DNA of 63,779 bases, filler included, from Octopus bimaculoides (taxonomy: Eukaryota): the NCBI RefSeq assembly GCF_001194135.2. It is 5 parts of 5 records of this genome, joined end to end, with 100 filler letters (N's around TTAATTAATTAA, not from the genome) between each part and the next. Parts side by side here need not be neighbours in the genome. Positions count along the whole stretch, not along the records: positions 30,883 to 57,091 come from NC_068994.1; positions 57,192 to 61,193 come from NC_068986.1; positions 61,294 to 63,779 come from NC_068990.1; 2 more parts are not named here. One strand, 5' to 3'. Each line of letters starts with the position of its first letter. The first letter of the stretch is position 1. The notes beneath the pieces were generated by a model that had not been told where the DNA came from, did not search any database, and was given only the letters and a program-made list of their open reading frames with translations. The translations under genes and the position numbers were made by a program. Shown here one piece after another: positions 49,417 through 61,436 of the stretch.

Positions 49417-49672
49417 CAGTGTTTTCAACCAATCTTTTTCCCTATGGATCTTTTTGATTTCTATTTTACTCAGGTAGACACCCCAATAGCCATTTGATGG
49501 TTAAAAAAATCCTGTTATATCTTTATATAATTGAATATTAAGAATAGTATAAAGAATTGTTAAAATATCTTGTGTATCATATAACTATTACCGATTTATT
49601 GTGCATAGATTTTAAGAATAAAATCTTATATAAACCCTTGAGTGTCATTTGAACCCTGGTTCAGAACTACTG
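49417..49672. mobile_element. hAT MITE
   Basis: TIR CAGTGTTTTCAACC / GGTTCAGAACTACTG. 8-bp TSD ATCTAAAG / ATATAAAG (7 of 8 match). Confidence 0.75.
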
Positions 49673-50384
49673 ATATAAAGCAACATAGCATCACTGAGGA
49701 AGATGCAGGTAACGATGCTCATGACCAACATTACAGGAAACTTCTTGCAACCCAAGGCTGACATAGCTTTGGTTGGCTCAAGGCCACAGTAAAAGATACC
49801 TAGCCAAAATGTCACAACATGGGACTGAACCTGGAATCATGTGGCGGGAAACCAAACTGCTTACCACACAACCACAACTGCAGCTAGATACATATATCTC
49901 AGAAGAGGAGGTTGGAGAAAATTTCTTACTATAGCTTTGTGAGTGTATTTGGTAGGCAGAAACTTATAGAAGTCTGTTGTGTATGTATGTATACACAAAC
50001 ACACACACACATATACACGATGTGTGTGTGTGTGTATTTGTATGCATATATATATATACATACATACATGCATGCATACATACATACATACATACATACA
50101 TACATACATACATTTTATAAACAGTGGTATTGCTATAGAAACGATTTGTGGGTAATTGATCAAGTGAAAGTGTCAAGTTTCCAGACTGAAGTTTACTTGT
50201 TTGACATGACAATATTAACATCTTTAAAACTTAAATTGCCTTGAGTTCTGTTTAACTCTGTGTCTACTTGGTGATATTTCTGTGTTTGATTTTGTCAGGT
50301 ATTAAAAGCCACTAGTTTAGGAGTGAAATAAAATAATTAGAACAAATACATATAACAAATAATTAAAACAAATGTTATTAGAAA

Positions 50385-50541
50385 TAGTTGGCTGTATGGT
50401 AAGAAGTTTGCTTTCCAACCACACGGTTCTGGGATCAGTTTCACGAGAGAGAACCTTGGGCAACTGTCTTCTACTATAAGCTCTGGCTGGACAAAGCCTT
50501 GTGAATGGATTTGGCAGAGGGAAACTGAAAGAAGCCCATCA
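50385..50541 (+). mobile_element. SINE family A
   Basis: Similar to 5812-5977. Confidence 0.8.
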
Positions 50542-50566
50542 TGTGTGTCCATACACAAACACGCAT

Positions 50567-50604
<38 letters not shown>

Positions 50605-51099
50605 GTATGTATACATATGTTTATATATAGTGAAATAAAGATTCTGATAGAATCAGGTACTGAAAAGATATGCACCAGATTGGGATGGATAAACCTGTGG
50701 TTCCGGCCTAAGTTTGGTAAGTATCAAATAGGACATTCCGGTTGTGTACACAGAGAAAACCAACCCTATGAGTAACTAGTGCCTAGAGGCTGGTCCAAAG
50801 CACACGTTACATTAAATTACCTGTATACTCTAGTGTGTCCAACAAGTTGTAAATCCCCTCAGTGTATTATAATCAAATGAATAACAAAAGACAATGGATG
50901 ATTGTCTAGTTATCTATTGTCTGTTATCATTCACTTGATTATGTTTATNNNNNNNNNNATACATATATATATATATCCATGTATGTGTGTCTTTTTGTAT
51001 ATGTTTGCCCCCTACTGCCACCTAACAACTGGTATTAGTTTGTTTACATCCTTATTTGTTTGTAACCTATCAATTTGGCAGTAAATGAGGAAAGATATG

Positions 51100-51280
51100 C
51101 ACAGGCATGACTGTGTGGTGAAGAAGCTTGCTTCAAAGCCACACGGCTTTGTATTCAGCCTCACTACACATGTGCAGCACCTTGGGCAAGTGTCTTCTAC
51201 TCTTCTACTATAACTTCAGGCTAGTCATTGTATTGTGAGTGGATTTGGTTAATAGAAACTGTGATGATGCCTGTTTCACA
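51100..51280 (+). mobile_element. SINE family A, decayed
   Basis: Similar to 5812-5977. Confidence 0.75.
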
Positions 51281-51289
51281 CACACACAT

Positions 51290-52270
51290 GCAAGATGGCC
51301 TGAGATTAAAGCAACTGAAGTTTTGGGTTTTAACAGCTATCAATAAATGTGATAAGGTATGAAAATTATACATTATTGTAAAAACTTAGTGTGTCTTCAT
51401 TTTGTGTCTTCAGAGAGATGATTTCATTGCTTATAGACCTGGACATGACTGAAATAGAAGTGTGCAGACCCCTCAGCTTATCAAAACTACAAGAAAAAAG
51501 ATATGGCAAAATCCTCATTGTTCCATCAGAAGACTAGCTTCCACAGCAAAAATAAGCCAAACATTGATATGTCAAATGCTGAAGGAGGATCTCAGGATCC
51601 ACCCCTACAAGATGATCTGCTGTTATGAGCTCACGCAAGTTTATAAGGCCATGAGACTGGAGAGAAGTCGTCTTATCTTGCGTTAGATTGCTGAAGGCAC
51701 ACTGCCCAACCTGGTGTCCACTGCTGAAAAGAAATCTGACATCGAACAAATAGTAAACCACCAGAGTGACCAACTTTGGAGTGTATCTGGCTCTGGTCAG
51801 ATATGGTTTGTGGGGCTGTGATAGCCACTGGGAGGTCTCCCCTCGTTTTTGTGTCCTCAAGTGTTAAAATTAACACCCAGTGATACATTAGTGACATTCT
51901 GGAAGCTGGACTGCTTCCATGAGTGAATGAGCACTTTCAAAATGCACCTTGGAGCCTCCAACAGGAGTCGGTAACATCCCACAGCTCCAAACAGATAAAA
52001 CACTGGATTCAGAAAAAACATTCCATTGTTCATAGTCAAGTATGAAGGACATTCAAGAAGCCTCGATCTCAACCCATGGGATTTTCTGTTTGGCCTGTTT
52101 TGGAGATTAGGGTCTCAAACGCTCCTTATATTTCACTCAATGCTCCAATGGCAAAACTGTGCCAGGAATGGGCTTTGATTTCACAAGAACAGCTGCATGT
52201 TGCATGCGAAGCATTCACATCTAGACTTAAAGCTGTGATTCGAAACAGAGGTCGTCATGTCGAATAAATG
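51290..52270 (+). mobile_element. Tc1/mariner-superfamily transposase pseudogene, maT/DD37D-like
   Basis: NPHCSIRRLA..KEDLRIHPYK..GRSPLVFVSSSVKINTQ*YISDILE..DLNPWDFSVWPVLE..RLKAVIRNRGRHVE. Confidence 0.75.
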
Positions 52271-52287
52271 TGACGTATTTATACCAC

Positions 52288-52680
52288 TACTAACACCCCT
52301 GAGGGTAATATTCTCTGGGAACGCACAAAAGCCTTTTTCTGTGTTGTTTATTTTGAATTGTTATTATCTCATATCTGATTAGTCTGTTATTATGTAGCAT
52401 GCTTCACGATTTTAGTATACATACCTTATTATTATTTCCTCCTATGTTCTATATACCATGGGAATGCATTAAAGGCCTTTTCAGGGCTACTTTATATAAA
52501 TTCTTACTATCGGGTAACTAATTTCATTTTATTACATAACTGACTTCACAATTTGGGTATTCATAACTTTTTGGGAATCCCAATAAACAAGATCCTGTGT
52601 AAAACAGTTTGGTATTTTCTGTAAATGCACAAAAACCGTTTTAAGGGCTACATACTTTGTACCGTTGTTATTGGTACACC
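52288..52680 (+). mobile_element. Helitron internal fragment (copy of 21750-22135)
   Basis: Collinear similarity over about 390 bp. Confidence 0.8.
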
Positions 52681-53505
52681 AAGCAATACCTACCATTCGA
52701 CTCATGCCACCCCAGACATATGCATGAATGTGTATGTGTAAGTGTGCATGTGTATGTGTATGTGTGTTTGTGGCAGTGTTTGTAGCCCCTATTGCGTGAC
52801 AACTGGTGTTGGTTTGTTTACATCCCTGTACCTTAGCAGTTCAGAAAAAGAAACATGGCCATAGTCCAGCATGGCTGCAGTCTAATGACTGAAACAAGTA
52901 AAAGATAAAAGATATAGTTATAAATATGAAAATTATCATTTTTGAGTCTTAAGGATTTGACAGAAAAAACTTAGTATTTTGTGGAACCTTTGATATAGAC
53001 ATGGACAAACTGCTGCTTGTAGGACTTTCTGGATTTCACAACAAACGAAATATTACCTAAAATTCTTCTTCAGTAGAGCAGCCTCCTTGATGATGAGCTG
53101 GTTCCATGTGGTCCACTTCTTAATAAAGGTTCACCATACCTGATAAAATTCTTATCTTCAATAATCAACTTATGTTCAAGTTTTGGTTACTGTTGTTGTT
53201 GTTGCTGTTGTTACTCTTTTTTTTTAACCTCTGGTCAACCTCGTCCAAGAAGATCTGTGATCAAAGGTAAGTTAGGTACCACATTTCTATAGGTGTGTCT
53301 TGGATTATAATTTGTAGCATGTTAATTGAAAACAGTAAATACTATAAGTAAGATTTCAAGGAAGATTTGACTGCTGTTTCAAGCACATCAAACAAAACAT
53401 AATTTTTTTACTTTAAGTTATGCGGACCTGGTATGCTATAAAAATAATAGCAAAAATAAAAATAAAATGTTAAGACATAAATAATTTAATTTTGAGATTT
53501 TTCAG

Positions 53506-53568
53506 TTGCTTGTTAGGTTGCCTCACATGGATTATATGGATTATAGACTAAGGTTATATAGAGGAACG
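53506..53568 (+). CDS. Possible 63-bp symmetric exon (LLVRLPHMDYMDYRLRLYRGT)
   Basis: Acceptor GATTTTTCAG|, donor ACG|GTAATG. No partner exons identified. Confidence 0.2.
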
Positions 53569-53764
53569 GTAATGAAAGTAATATGTTTATTATTAGAAGA
53601 AGACAAAAAACATTATTCCTAAGAATGTAAGTAAATCGGCAGGATATTTTCACTCTAATATAAAGATAACGAAGGTGATATTCAGTGAGTAATAAGCTAC
53701 TCACTGTACACTAATTACTGTATTCAAAACAGAGCAGTATATCATGCTAGGATAACAAATAATG

Positions 53765-53774
53765 ATGGTGGTGG

Positions 53775-53833
<59 letters not shown>

Positions 53834-53845
53834 GTGATGATGATA
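53765..53845. repeat. (GAT)n microsatellite
   Basis: Direct periodicity. Confidence 0.9.
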
Positions 53846-54099
53846 TTATCAACATATGACTTAGTGTATAATCAGGGTTTAACAAATGCAAGAAATTACT
53901 CAGCTCTGTAATGTAAGGCTTAATATATATCCAGGAATGTGAAACAGAAGATGTGACATGAATCCTATCTGACAGTTAACTACGGTTTCTTTTCTCTCAC
54001 TTTCTTTTTCTTTTTTCCATGTTCCATTTCAGTACATACATGCATACACAAAAACACACACACACACACACACACACGCACATACACATACATACATAT

Positions 54100-54159
<60 letters not shown>

Positions 54160-55318
54160 CTTATATTATATATACATATGTCTATATCTATTTTTGACAT
54201 TGTATTATATCAATAGATAAAGACATTCAACCTATTAATATGAAAACTTAGATGCTCTTCCTTTTTGTTCCCTTTTTTTCATTTTTCTTTTTTTGCTTAT
54301 TTTCTTGAATTTTGTTTGATATCTTGTAACTTTTGCCAAATTGGAAATCGTTCAGAATTTTGTTCTGACACATAAAGGATAACATTAAAGTTATTGACAC
54401 TCTTTTTATGTGTTTCATATATATATATTTTCTTTTATTAAAAGAACGTATGATTTTTCTCAGATTAGGGGTTACAGAGATAACACAAATGGAAAATTTG
54501 ATTATAAAAGAACAATTAGTCATTATTGGTTTAATTAACAAAAGACAATTATCAGTTATCAATTTTAATTTCTCTCTATTGAAGATAATGTCCACATGTA
54601 AAATATAGATTGTTTAAAATATTTCTGTAAATGTGACAGAGAGTGAGTGATAAATGAGATATTACAAGACAAGACAAAACAAGACAAGAGTATTTTTGTT
54701 GTGTGTTTTTGAATAATCTTTTTTTGTTTCTTTTCTTTTCTTTTCTCTTTTTTATTTAGTATTTTTTGGGGTTTTGTTGTAAAATAAATGAAGGTGTCAA
54801 AAAAAGTTTTCACAAACTCTGAAAGCTACATACGTTTTTTCATCAACTTCACATAGACTTGTAATATTCCTGTATGTCACAGAAGAATTGTTTTTTTTTT
54901 TGTTGTTTTTAGCTAAATAAGCATTCTAAAGAGGCTAGAATTATGCAACCTGAGTATGGATAGTTTATTGCCTCTGTTAAATAGAATATTACACCCAAGT
55001 GGAGGTAGTATATTGAAAAATGAGAGTACCATATTCTATTGAACTAGGAGCCGGGTATATTACACAGATGAAAGCTAGAGTATTTTACTTTGATAGTATC
55101 CCAGGTAGAGGCTCAATGTGGTTGTGTATGTAGGAGCCCTGGTGTATTGTTTTGTCTGTGGCCTGTAATGCTGTTCAGGATAACCCTAGTGGTGTCAAAT
55201 ATTAGTCATTGGTGGCCAAAGAGTATTATAACCCAGGAAGAAAATAACAAATTATTCAAATTAATTAAACCAATTCTAGCAATTTTTGTAGTGGAAATTT
55301 ATTCTATTTAATTAAATT

Positions 55319-55647
55319 CTATTTTAAAGGAACTTTAGCATATTTCTCAGAAGATGGTACTTTTAAAGAGTTCCAGGGATATGGTAATGCTGGTAATGGC
55401 TTTGAATAAGAAGTAAAACTATTCCTCATTGGCAAATTCCAAGATTGTGAAGCAGTCTTTGGGTCTGTATTATTTACTCTATATGATTTCAGGTCAATGA
55501 CATCATTGTGTGAAGATGGATTCTGAATAGCTTCAGTTTGGTTCGATAGTTTTGCATGAGAAATGGTGTCTTTATATCTACTAATTGCCAATGGTAGAGA
55601 CAGTTTGGCTGAGCTTTGGAATTCCACAGGCAAGCAGGATTTTATAC
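55319..55647 (-). CDS. Candidate terminal coding exon, S/P/N-rich unknown protein (108 aa then stop)
   Basis: Acceptor TTGTTTTGATTTCATCTTAG|GT; frame IKSCLPVEFQSS...KYAKVPLK*. Composition is unlike random AT-rich ORFs. AT-rich UTR-like sequence follows. Confidence 0.55.
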
Positions 55648-55964
55648 CTAAGATGAAATCAAAACAACAATTATATATATTATATATTTATGTTCATTGT
55701 TTAAATAGAATAACAAAAGTAGGTTTATTGTATAAAATTATATAATAAAATTGTGACTTAAACACACCAATATTGCACATTCATTATTGTAGACATATAG
55801 GAATACATAATTAGAGGACTTTGAGGCAACAAAACATGGTATGCAAAAGTAATTATCAATTTGGGCACACACACACACACACACACACACGAATTGATAA
55901 TTGCCGTTGAATGACAGAAAGTGGAAGATTTATTAACAGAAGTTAACAACATTGCACACATGTG

Positions 55965-56340
55965 GTCTGATCAATAAGTATCCGGACTGTTGCTATAGTA
56001 ACATGCAGAGCAAAGCCGCTTGACACAGGTTGACCTTGAACTCTGCTGTGCATGGGCACTAAGTTTTAACATTCTAGCTTACTTCCACTGTTTACATCAG
56101 TGCTTGGAAGTAACATAGTTGGAGGTAACCTGCTCAGAGGCCTACGCAAAGTTTTCAAAAAGTTTTTACCGTTCTTGACGCAATCAAAGAGATCTTGTGC
56201 AACTCAAACCCAAGTGTCTTTTTGGTCAGCTGAAAGTAGTTTTGGCTTAAATTTGGTAGACACGCATCTCATACCCAAATCTTCAGTGATAATGGACTGA
56301 CCTGAACCGTAACTAATCTGCACATCCTTTGATAACTTCA
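55965..56340. mobile_element. Rearranged copy of the 39582-40786 mariner
   Basis: Terminal about 145 bp followed by an inverted internal transposase segment matching 40000-40190. Confidence 0.85.
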
Positions 56341-56536
56341 TGTTGGTGTGTTTATGTCCATTATTCTTATATACCTACCTACCTACATACATACATATAT
56401 ATATATCTATATCTATATAAATAAGGATAAGATCGATATTTAAAATATTGATCTTATCAAGTGGTCAGCATGGGAATAAAAACCATCAAAGGTAATANNN
56501 NNNNNNNGCATGGGAATAAAAACCATCAAAGGTAAT

Positions 56537-56966
56537 AATTATTTAAAATTATAATACAGGGTATCAAGAGATACCACCACGCTGAAAAAATAGCAGTGTA
56601 TTTACTGCGCTGATATTCTGTCCGGATCGCATGAAAGGTTGTTTAGGCGGGCTATTTAAGCTAGTCGTGTGCATACGTGCATATATATGTATATATGCGT
56701 CCGTATATGGAAGTATACTGTTTATATACGTGTGTTTGTATTTATGTACTGGAGTATATTCCACTGATGAAGGCAGAGCATTATTATTTATGCAAAGCCA
56801 GAAATCCAGGATTTGGAATTATCTTATTTTTACTGGTTCATTTGGTCTTCGTCTTCGCTAATCGTGCCATGCGGACATTTATTGTGGTTTTAGAGTCAGG
56901 ATTTGACTGCTATTTTTTCAGCGTGGTGGTATCTCTTGATACCCTGTATTATAATTTTAAATAATT
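56537..56966 (+). mobile_element. Element with perfect 61-bp inverted ends containing a hammerhead ribozyme
   Basis: 56537-56597 is the exact reverse complement of 56906-56966. CpG-rich interior. Confidence 0.85.
56758..56820 (+). ncRNA. Type I hammerhead ribozyme, essentially intact
   Basis: Stem I ATTCCA/TGGAAT; CTGATGA; stem II GGC..GCAT/ATGC..GCC; A-GAAA; palindromic stem III ATCC-A-GGAT; cleavage triplet AUU. Confidence 0.75.
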
Positions 56967-56983
56967 TTAAATATATCTATATC

Positions 56984-57015
<32 letters not shown>

Positions 57016-57067
57016 TATAAAAGGATAAAGAGAGCAATGGTAAGGTTGGAAATATATTTTATGGATA

Positions 57068-57091
57068 GAGTCTTACAGCTGTTTCTGGGAA
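57068..57091 (-). ncRNA. 3' half of a hammerhead motif cut by an assembly gap
   Basis: CCC-A-GAA-ACAGCTGT(palindrome)-A-AGAC. Confidence 0.4.
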
Positions 57092-57221
57092 NNNNNNNNN
57101 NNNNNNNNNNNNNNNNNNNNNNNNNNNNNNNNNNNTTAATTAATTAANNNNNNNNNNNNNNNNNNNNNNNNNNNNNNNNNNNNNNNNNNNNGGTGCCACG
57201 CAGTGGGACTGAACACACCCA

Positions 57222-57258
<37 letters not shown>

Positions 57259-57294
57259 AAACATACACATGTATACACTTTTACAAAAGCATGC

Positions 57295-57665
57295 ATAGGC
57301 CCAGGCGTGACTGTGTGGTAAGAAGCTTACTTCCCAACCACACGGTTCTGGGTTCAGTCCCACTCTATGGCACCTTGGGTAAGTGTCGTCTACTATAGCC
57401 TCGGGTCGCCCAAAGCCTTATGAGTGGATTTGTTCGACGGAAACTGAGAGAAGCCCTCATATGCGCATGCACGCGCGTGTTTGTGTCTGTGGTTGTCTCC
57501 CACCACAGCTTGACAACCGGTGCTGGTTTCTTTACGCTCTCCGTAACTTAGTTGTTCGTCAAAAGTGACCGATAGATCAAGTACCAGGCTATAAAGAGCA
57601 TGTGTTGGGATCGATTTAATCCGTTTAAAATTCTTGAAGGCGGTGCCCCAGCATGGCCACAGTCT
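57295..57665 (+). mobile_element. SINE A followed by SINE C body (compound, CpG-rich)
   Basis: Matches 5812-5977, then the reverse complement of 63130-63340. Confidence 0.85.
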
Positions 57666-58012
57666 GGGTAACGCCGATCAGGGCTGATTGAGAGGAAAAC
57701 CACCAACGGCCTCACCACTACCACCACCACCACCACCAACACCACCACCATCAACAGCAGCAACAATTAAAAACACCAACAAAGAGAAACAACAGACAAT
57801 GGCACATTGACAGACGATGGCCTGTCTACGTGGACACTGAACCTGCTAAAAATATCAACCAAATGCCTCACAAACAACACTTCCTCCTTAGAAAGAAATG
57901 AAGGCCACACAGATAATGTAATAGATTAGACTATATCTAGGAGATAGAGCGGATAATCAGCACGGCTGTGTCTCTCGTCGAAGGTTCGGCTGGAAGAGGG
58001 TTGACCTGGGGC

Positions 58013-58014
<2 letters not shown>

Positions 58015-58048
<34 letters not shown>

Positions 58049-58082
58049 GCAACAGCAACAACAACAACAACTACGACAACAG
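58015..58082 (+). repeat. (CAA)n microsatellite, probably a retroelement tail
   Basis: Follows GACCTGGGGCTAAAC. A related reverse motif is near 53185-53240. Confidence 0.75.
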
Positions 58083-60118
58083 TATCGTAAATCACTGTTG
58101 CAGACTCCATTGCTAAAGACGAGGCGAGGAAAGACGGCTTACAGTTGTCACGTGATCCCGCTATTAACGGTTTAAGGCTAAGTACACAATTGCATTGTAT
58201 TTGTATCAAAAGAACAAACACCCTCCTCGCCCTACCGCCACCCTGGCATCATTCATCCTCCTCCTCCACCGCAACTCAACTACAATCATTTTTATACACC
58301 AACATTATATACACACCACTCGTTCTATACATCGCCGTTTGTTAGAGGATTAAAATATGACAGAATTTAAGAGTGTGGCTTGCATGGCTTATAAATGTGC
58401 GTGTGCGTGTGTCTGCTTCGACATATAAATATACATACATATATATATATATATATTACGGAGATGCACTTGCATAGCAAGTGACCTGATCTGAGATCGT
58501 GTGCTGGAACGAAAACAATTGCAGCGTGGAAGGTGTTTATAAGCCATTTAAAATAACACACAAAATCCGTTAGATTCACTTCAACATTTAAATTTAATTT
58601 GTCAAAATATTTTCGTCGCTTTGAGACCGCGACCTGTTCACTGACAAAATTCTGTGCTGTTTATATATATATATATATTTATAATATGAAATGTGTGTGC
58701 GTGTGTGTGTGTGTGTGTANNNNNNNNNNNNNNNNNNNNNNNNNNNNNNNNNNNNNNNNNNNNNNNNNNNNNNNNNNNNNNNNNNNNNNNNNNNNNNNNN
58801 NNNNNNNNNNNNNNNNNNNNNNNNNNNNNNNNNNNNNNNNNNNNNNNNNNNNNNNNNNNNNNNNNNNNNNNNNNNNNNNNNNNNNNNNNNNNNNNNNNNN
58901 NNNNNNNNNNNNNNNNNNNNNNNNNNNNNNNNNNNNNNNNNNNNNNNNNNNNNNNNNNNNNNNNNNNNNNNNNNNNNNNNNNNNNNNNNNNNNNNNNNNN
59001 NNNNNNNNNNNNNNNNNNNNNNNNNNNNNNNNNNNNNNNNNNNNNNNNNNNNNNNNNNNNNNNNNNNNNNNNNNNNNNNNNNNNNNNNNNNNNNNNNNNN
59101 NNNNNNNNNNNNNNNNNNNNNNNNNNNNNNNNNNNNNNNNNNNNNNNNNNNNNNNNNNNNNNNNNNNNNNNNNNNNNNNNNNNNNNNNNNNNNNNNNNNN
59201 NNNNNNNNNNNNNNNNNNNNNNNNNNNNNNNNNNNNNNNNNNNNNNNNNNNNNNNNNNNNNNNNNNNNNNNNNNNNNNNNNNNNNNNNNNNNNNNNNNNN
59301 NNNNNNNNNNNNNNNNNNNNNNNNNNNNNNNNNNNNNNNNNNNNNNNNNNNNNNNNNNNNNNNNNNNNNNNNNNNNNNNNNNNNNNNNNNNNNNNNNNNN
59401 NNNNNNNNNNNNNNNNNNNNNNNNNNNNNNNNNNNNNNNNNNNNNNNNNNNNNNNNNNNNNNNNNNNNNNNNNNNNNNNNNNNNNNNNNNNNNNNNTATA
59501 TATATATATACATACAAAGATATATATGGTTTATATTCATTTAAAAGAAGAAAAGAAAATTGAGATTAAGAAGCTAATAATTGTTTATTATTAACAGCAA
59601 ATTGATCATCTTCACTTACAGCCGTTTCGATTAATACTCAATTTACACTAATGTGACATGAGCACAATATCGTCTGAGGAAAAAAGTTGTACATTTGCAT
59701 GTTATGTGTGTTTATGAATTCATTTAGCAGTGTTTGTCTACTGCTTATGCAGAGTTTAACCAGCACTTGTACTTACACCTTAAATCTATCATGGCGTCTG
59801 ATGTGGGTTTTTTAAACCAGACAATGTTTTGAAAAGACACCTACATAAATTGCATATCTGCTTCGGACCATCAAGAATTACAGCTATGTTCTGATTTTTG
59901 TGGATCTTAAATTGTTGTGGATCTTAAATTGTTGAGGGTTCTGCCATATGTCTTGGAATCCGCAATAACAAATTTGACTTGATTTGTAAAAGAAAAAAAA
60001 ATAGTAGAATCACAGATTTGGAATAAAATTCCTCTAATTGTAATAAGCTTTTGCTTTGAAAGTTTATCATTTCTGATATTTCTAAAAATGTGAGACTAAA
60101 ATTTGTTCTTAGGAATGA

Positions 60119-60643
60119 AATCGTTGTACATGTGCAAAGTGTGTAAAGCCACTCGAAATATTGCAGAGTGAAAGAGGAAAACGGAGACGATTGAGACAAG
60201 AGCAGTGTCGACCGTTTAAACGGAAGTTTCTCTTATTTATTCCTAAGTGTTTTTCTCTGAGTAGAAAGACTTTAAAACAGGTGACTTTCTCAGTAACCCA
60301 ACACGAGATCCGAAACACACAAAAAGTGGGTCGTTATTTGAACTACAAACCTGCAAAGAGTTATGACATTAGGATACAATGCATTGCCGTATTTATTCTG
60401 ATTTCAAATCCTGTCGTTGACAGATTTGCATTTCATCTTTTCAAGAGGTGGGAGTTGATAAACTCAAAGATCCAACCGAGAGGTGAAGTGCTGGAAGTTT
60501 TAGAACCCTGGACGGGAAACGTTGTGTTTCCTGTCTCCGACTCTTCACGTTCTCACGACGACAGCAATGACGTCACTGGTGCCTTTCTCTCAGACAACAT
60601 GGAGGATATGGACACAGAGTCAGGGAAATATGGGAACCAATAG
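60119..60643 (+). other. Unexplained 174-codon open frame lacking an early ATG
   Basis: Open from 60119 to the TAG at 60641-60643 in non-microsatellite sequence. No family recognised. Confidence 0.35.
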
Positions 60644-60889
60644 CTGGGCCGCCATGGACAAACCTTGCACACAGTACCACTACATGCTGCAGAAGAAGTT
60701 TCCAAGTGCAGACCAATCATCTCCACAAATATACAAAGACCCTAGGCAAGATAGGAGGAGATGATTTGATGAAGACTTAACTTCTATTTCTAGCAGTGTA
60801 GGAACGCACTGATTGATCTGGACCACTTCAATCATTCCTCAAGCGTCGTTGTCATTGACATTGTTGGTGATGACGCATTTGTTACATAG

Positions 60890-61130
60890 CTGTTATTATT
60901 ATTATTATTTTATGTTTGACTTTTGTTTTGCATTTGTACAAGTTGGCTCCAAGTCTCGCCCAGAGACCTCAAGAGACAACAAGTTAGAAGTTCATGTAGG
61001 TGTTATGCCTAGGGTACCATATATTTGGATTTGTACAGTTTTGTTCAAGTGAATGTTTAAGAAACCATAAGAAAATTATGTGTTTGCTTTAAAATTTGAG
61101 ATCACATAGACAGTATTTATTATTATTATT
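60890..61130 (-). mobile_element. Probable LINE 3' end with (TAA)n tail
   Basis: Bounded by (ATT)n runs. Family assignment is only by general resemblance. Confidence 0.35.
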
Positions 61131-61436
61131 ATTATTATTATTGTTCAGTAGTTTTATTTTTATAACGTGCTTTCACTTCACTACCGAGCGCAGNNNNNNN
61201 NNNNNNNNNNNNNNNNNNNNNNNNNNNNNNNNNNNNNTTAATTAATTAANNNNNNNNNNNNNNNNNNNNNNNNNNNNNNNNNNNNNNNNNNNNGAGGAAT
61301 CGATGGGCCATACACCCCAGAACAAGTTGAGTGCTTAGCCACACTTGATGAAAGACAAAGCTAACCCCAGAATGTAAGCAACCAGAATAAATACTACAAG
61401 GCACTGTTTTTTTTTCTTTCATCTGACACTCTAAAG

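Noticed and set aside
56468-56537. 30-bp direct repeat either side of a 10-N gap
   Set aside because: Typical unmerged contig overlap, so not counted as a TSD.
9144-59594. Long ORFs full of X, or of IY/VC/TH/ER dipeptides
   Set aside because: They are produced by N-gaps and (TA)n, (CA)n or (GA)n microsatellites, which lack stops.
60325-60390. YKPAKSYDIRI resemblance to the piggyBac KPAKYGIK motif
   Set aside because: The upstream DE..F.GR motif is absent, so similarity is too short to call.
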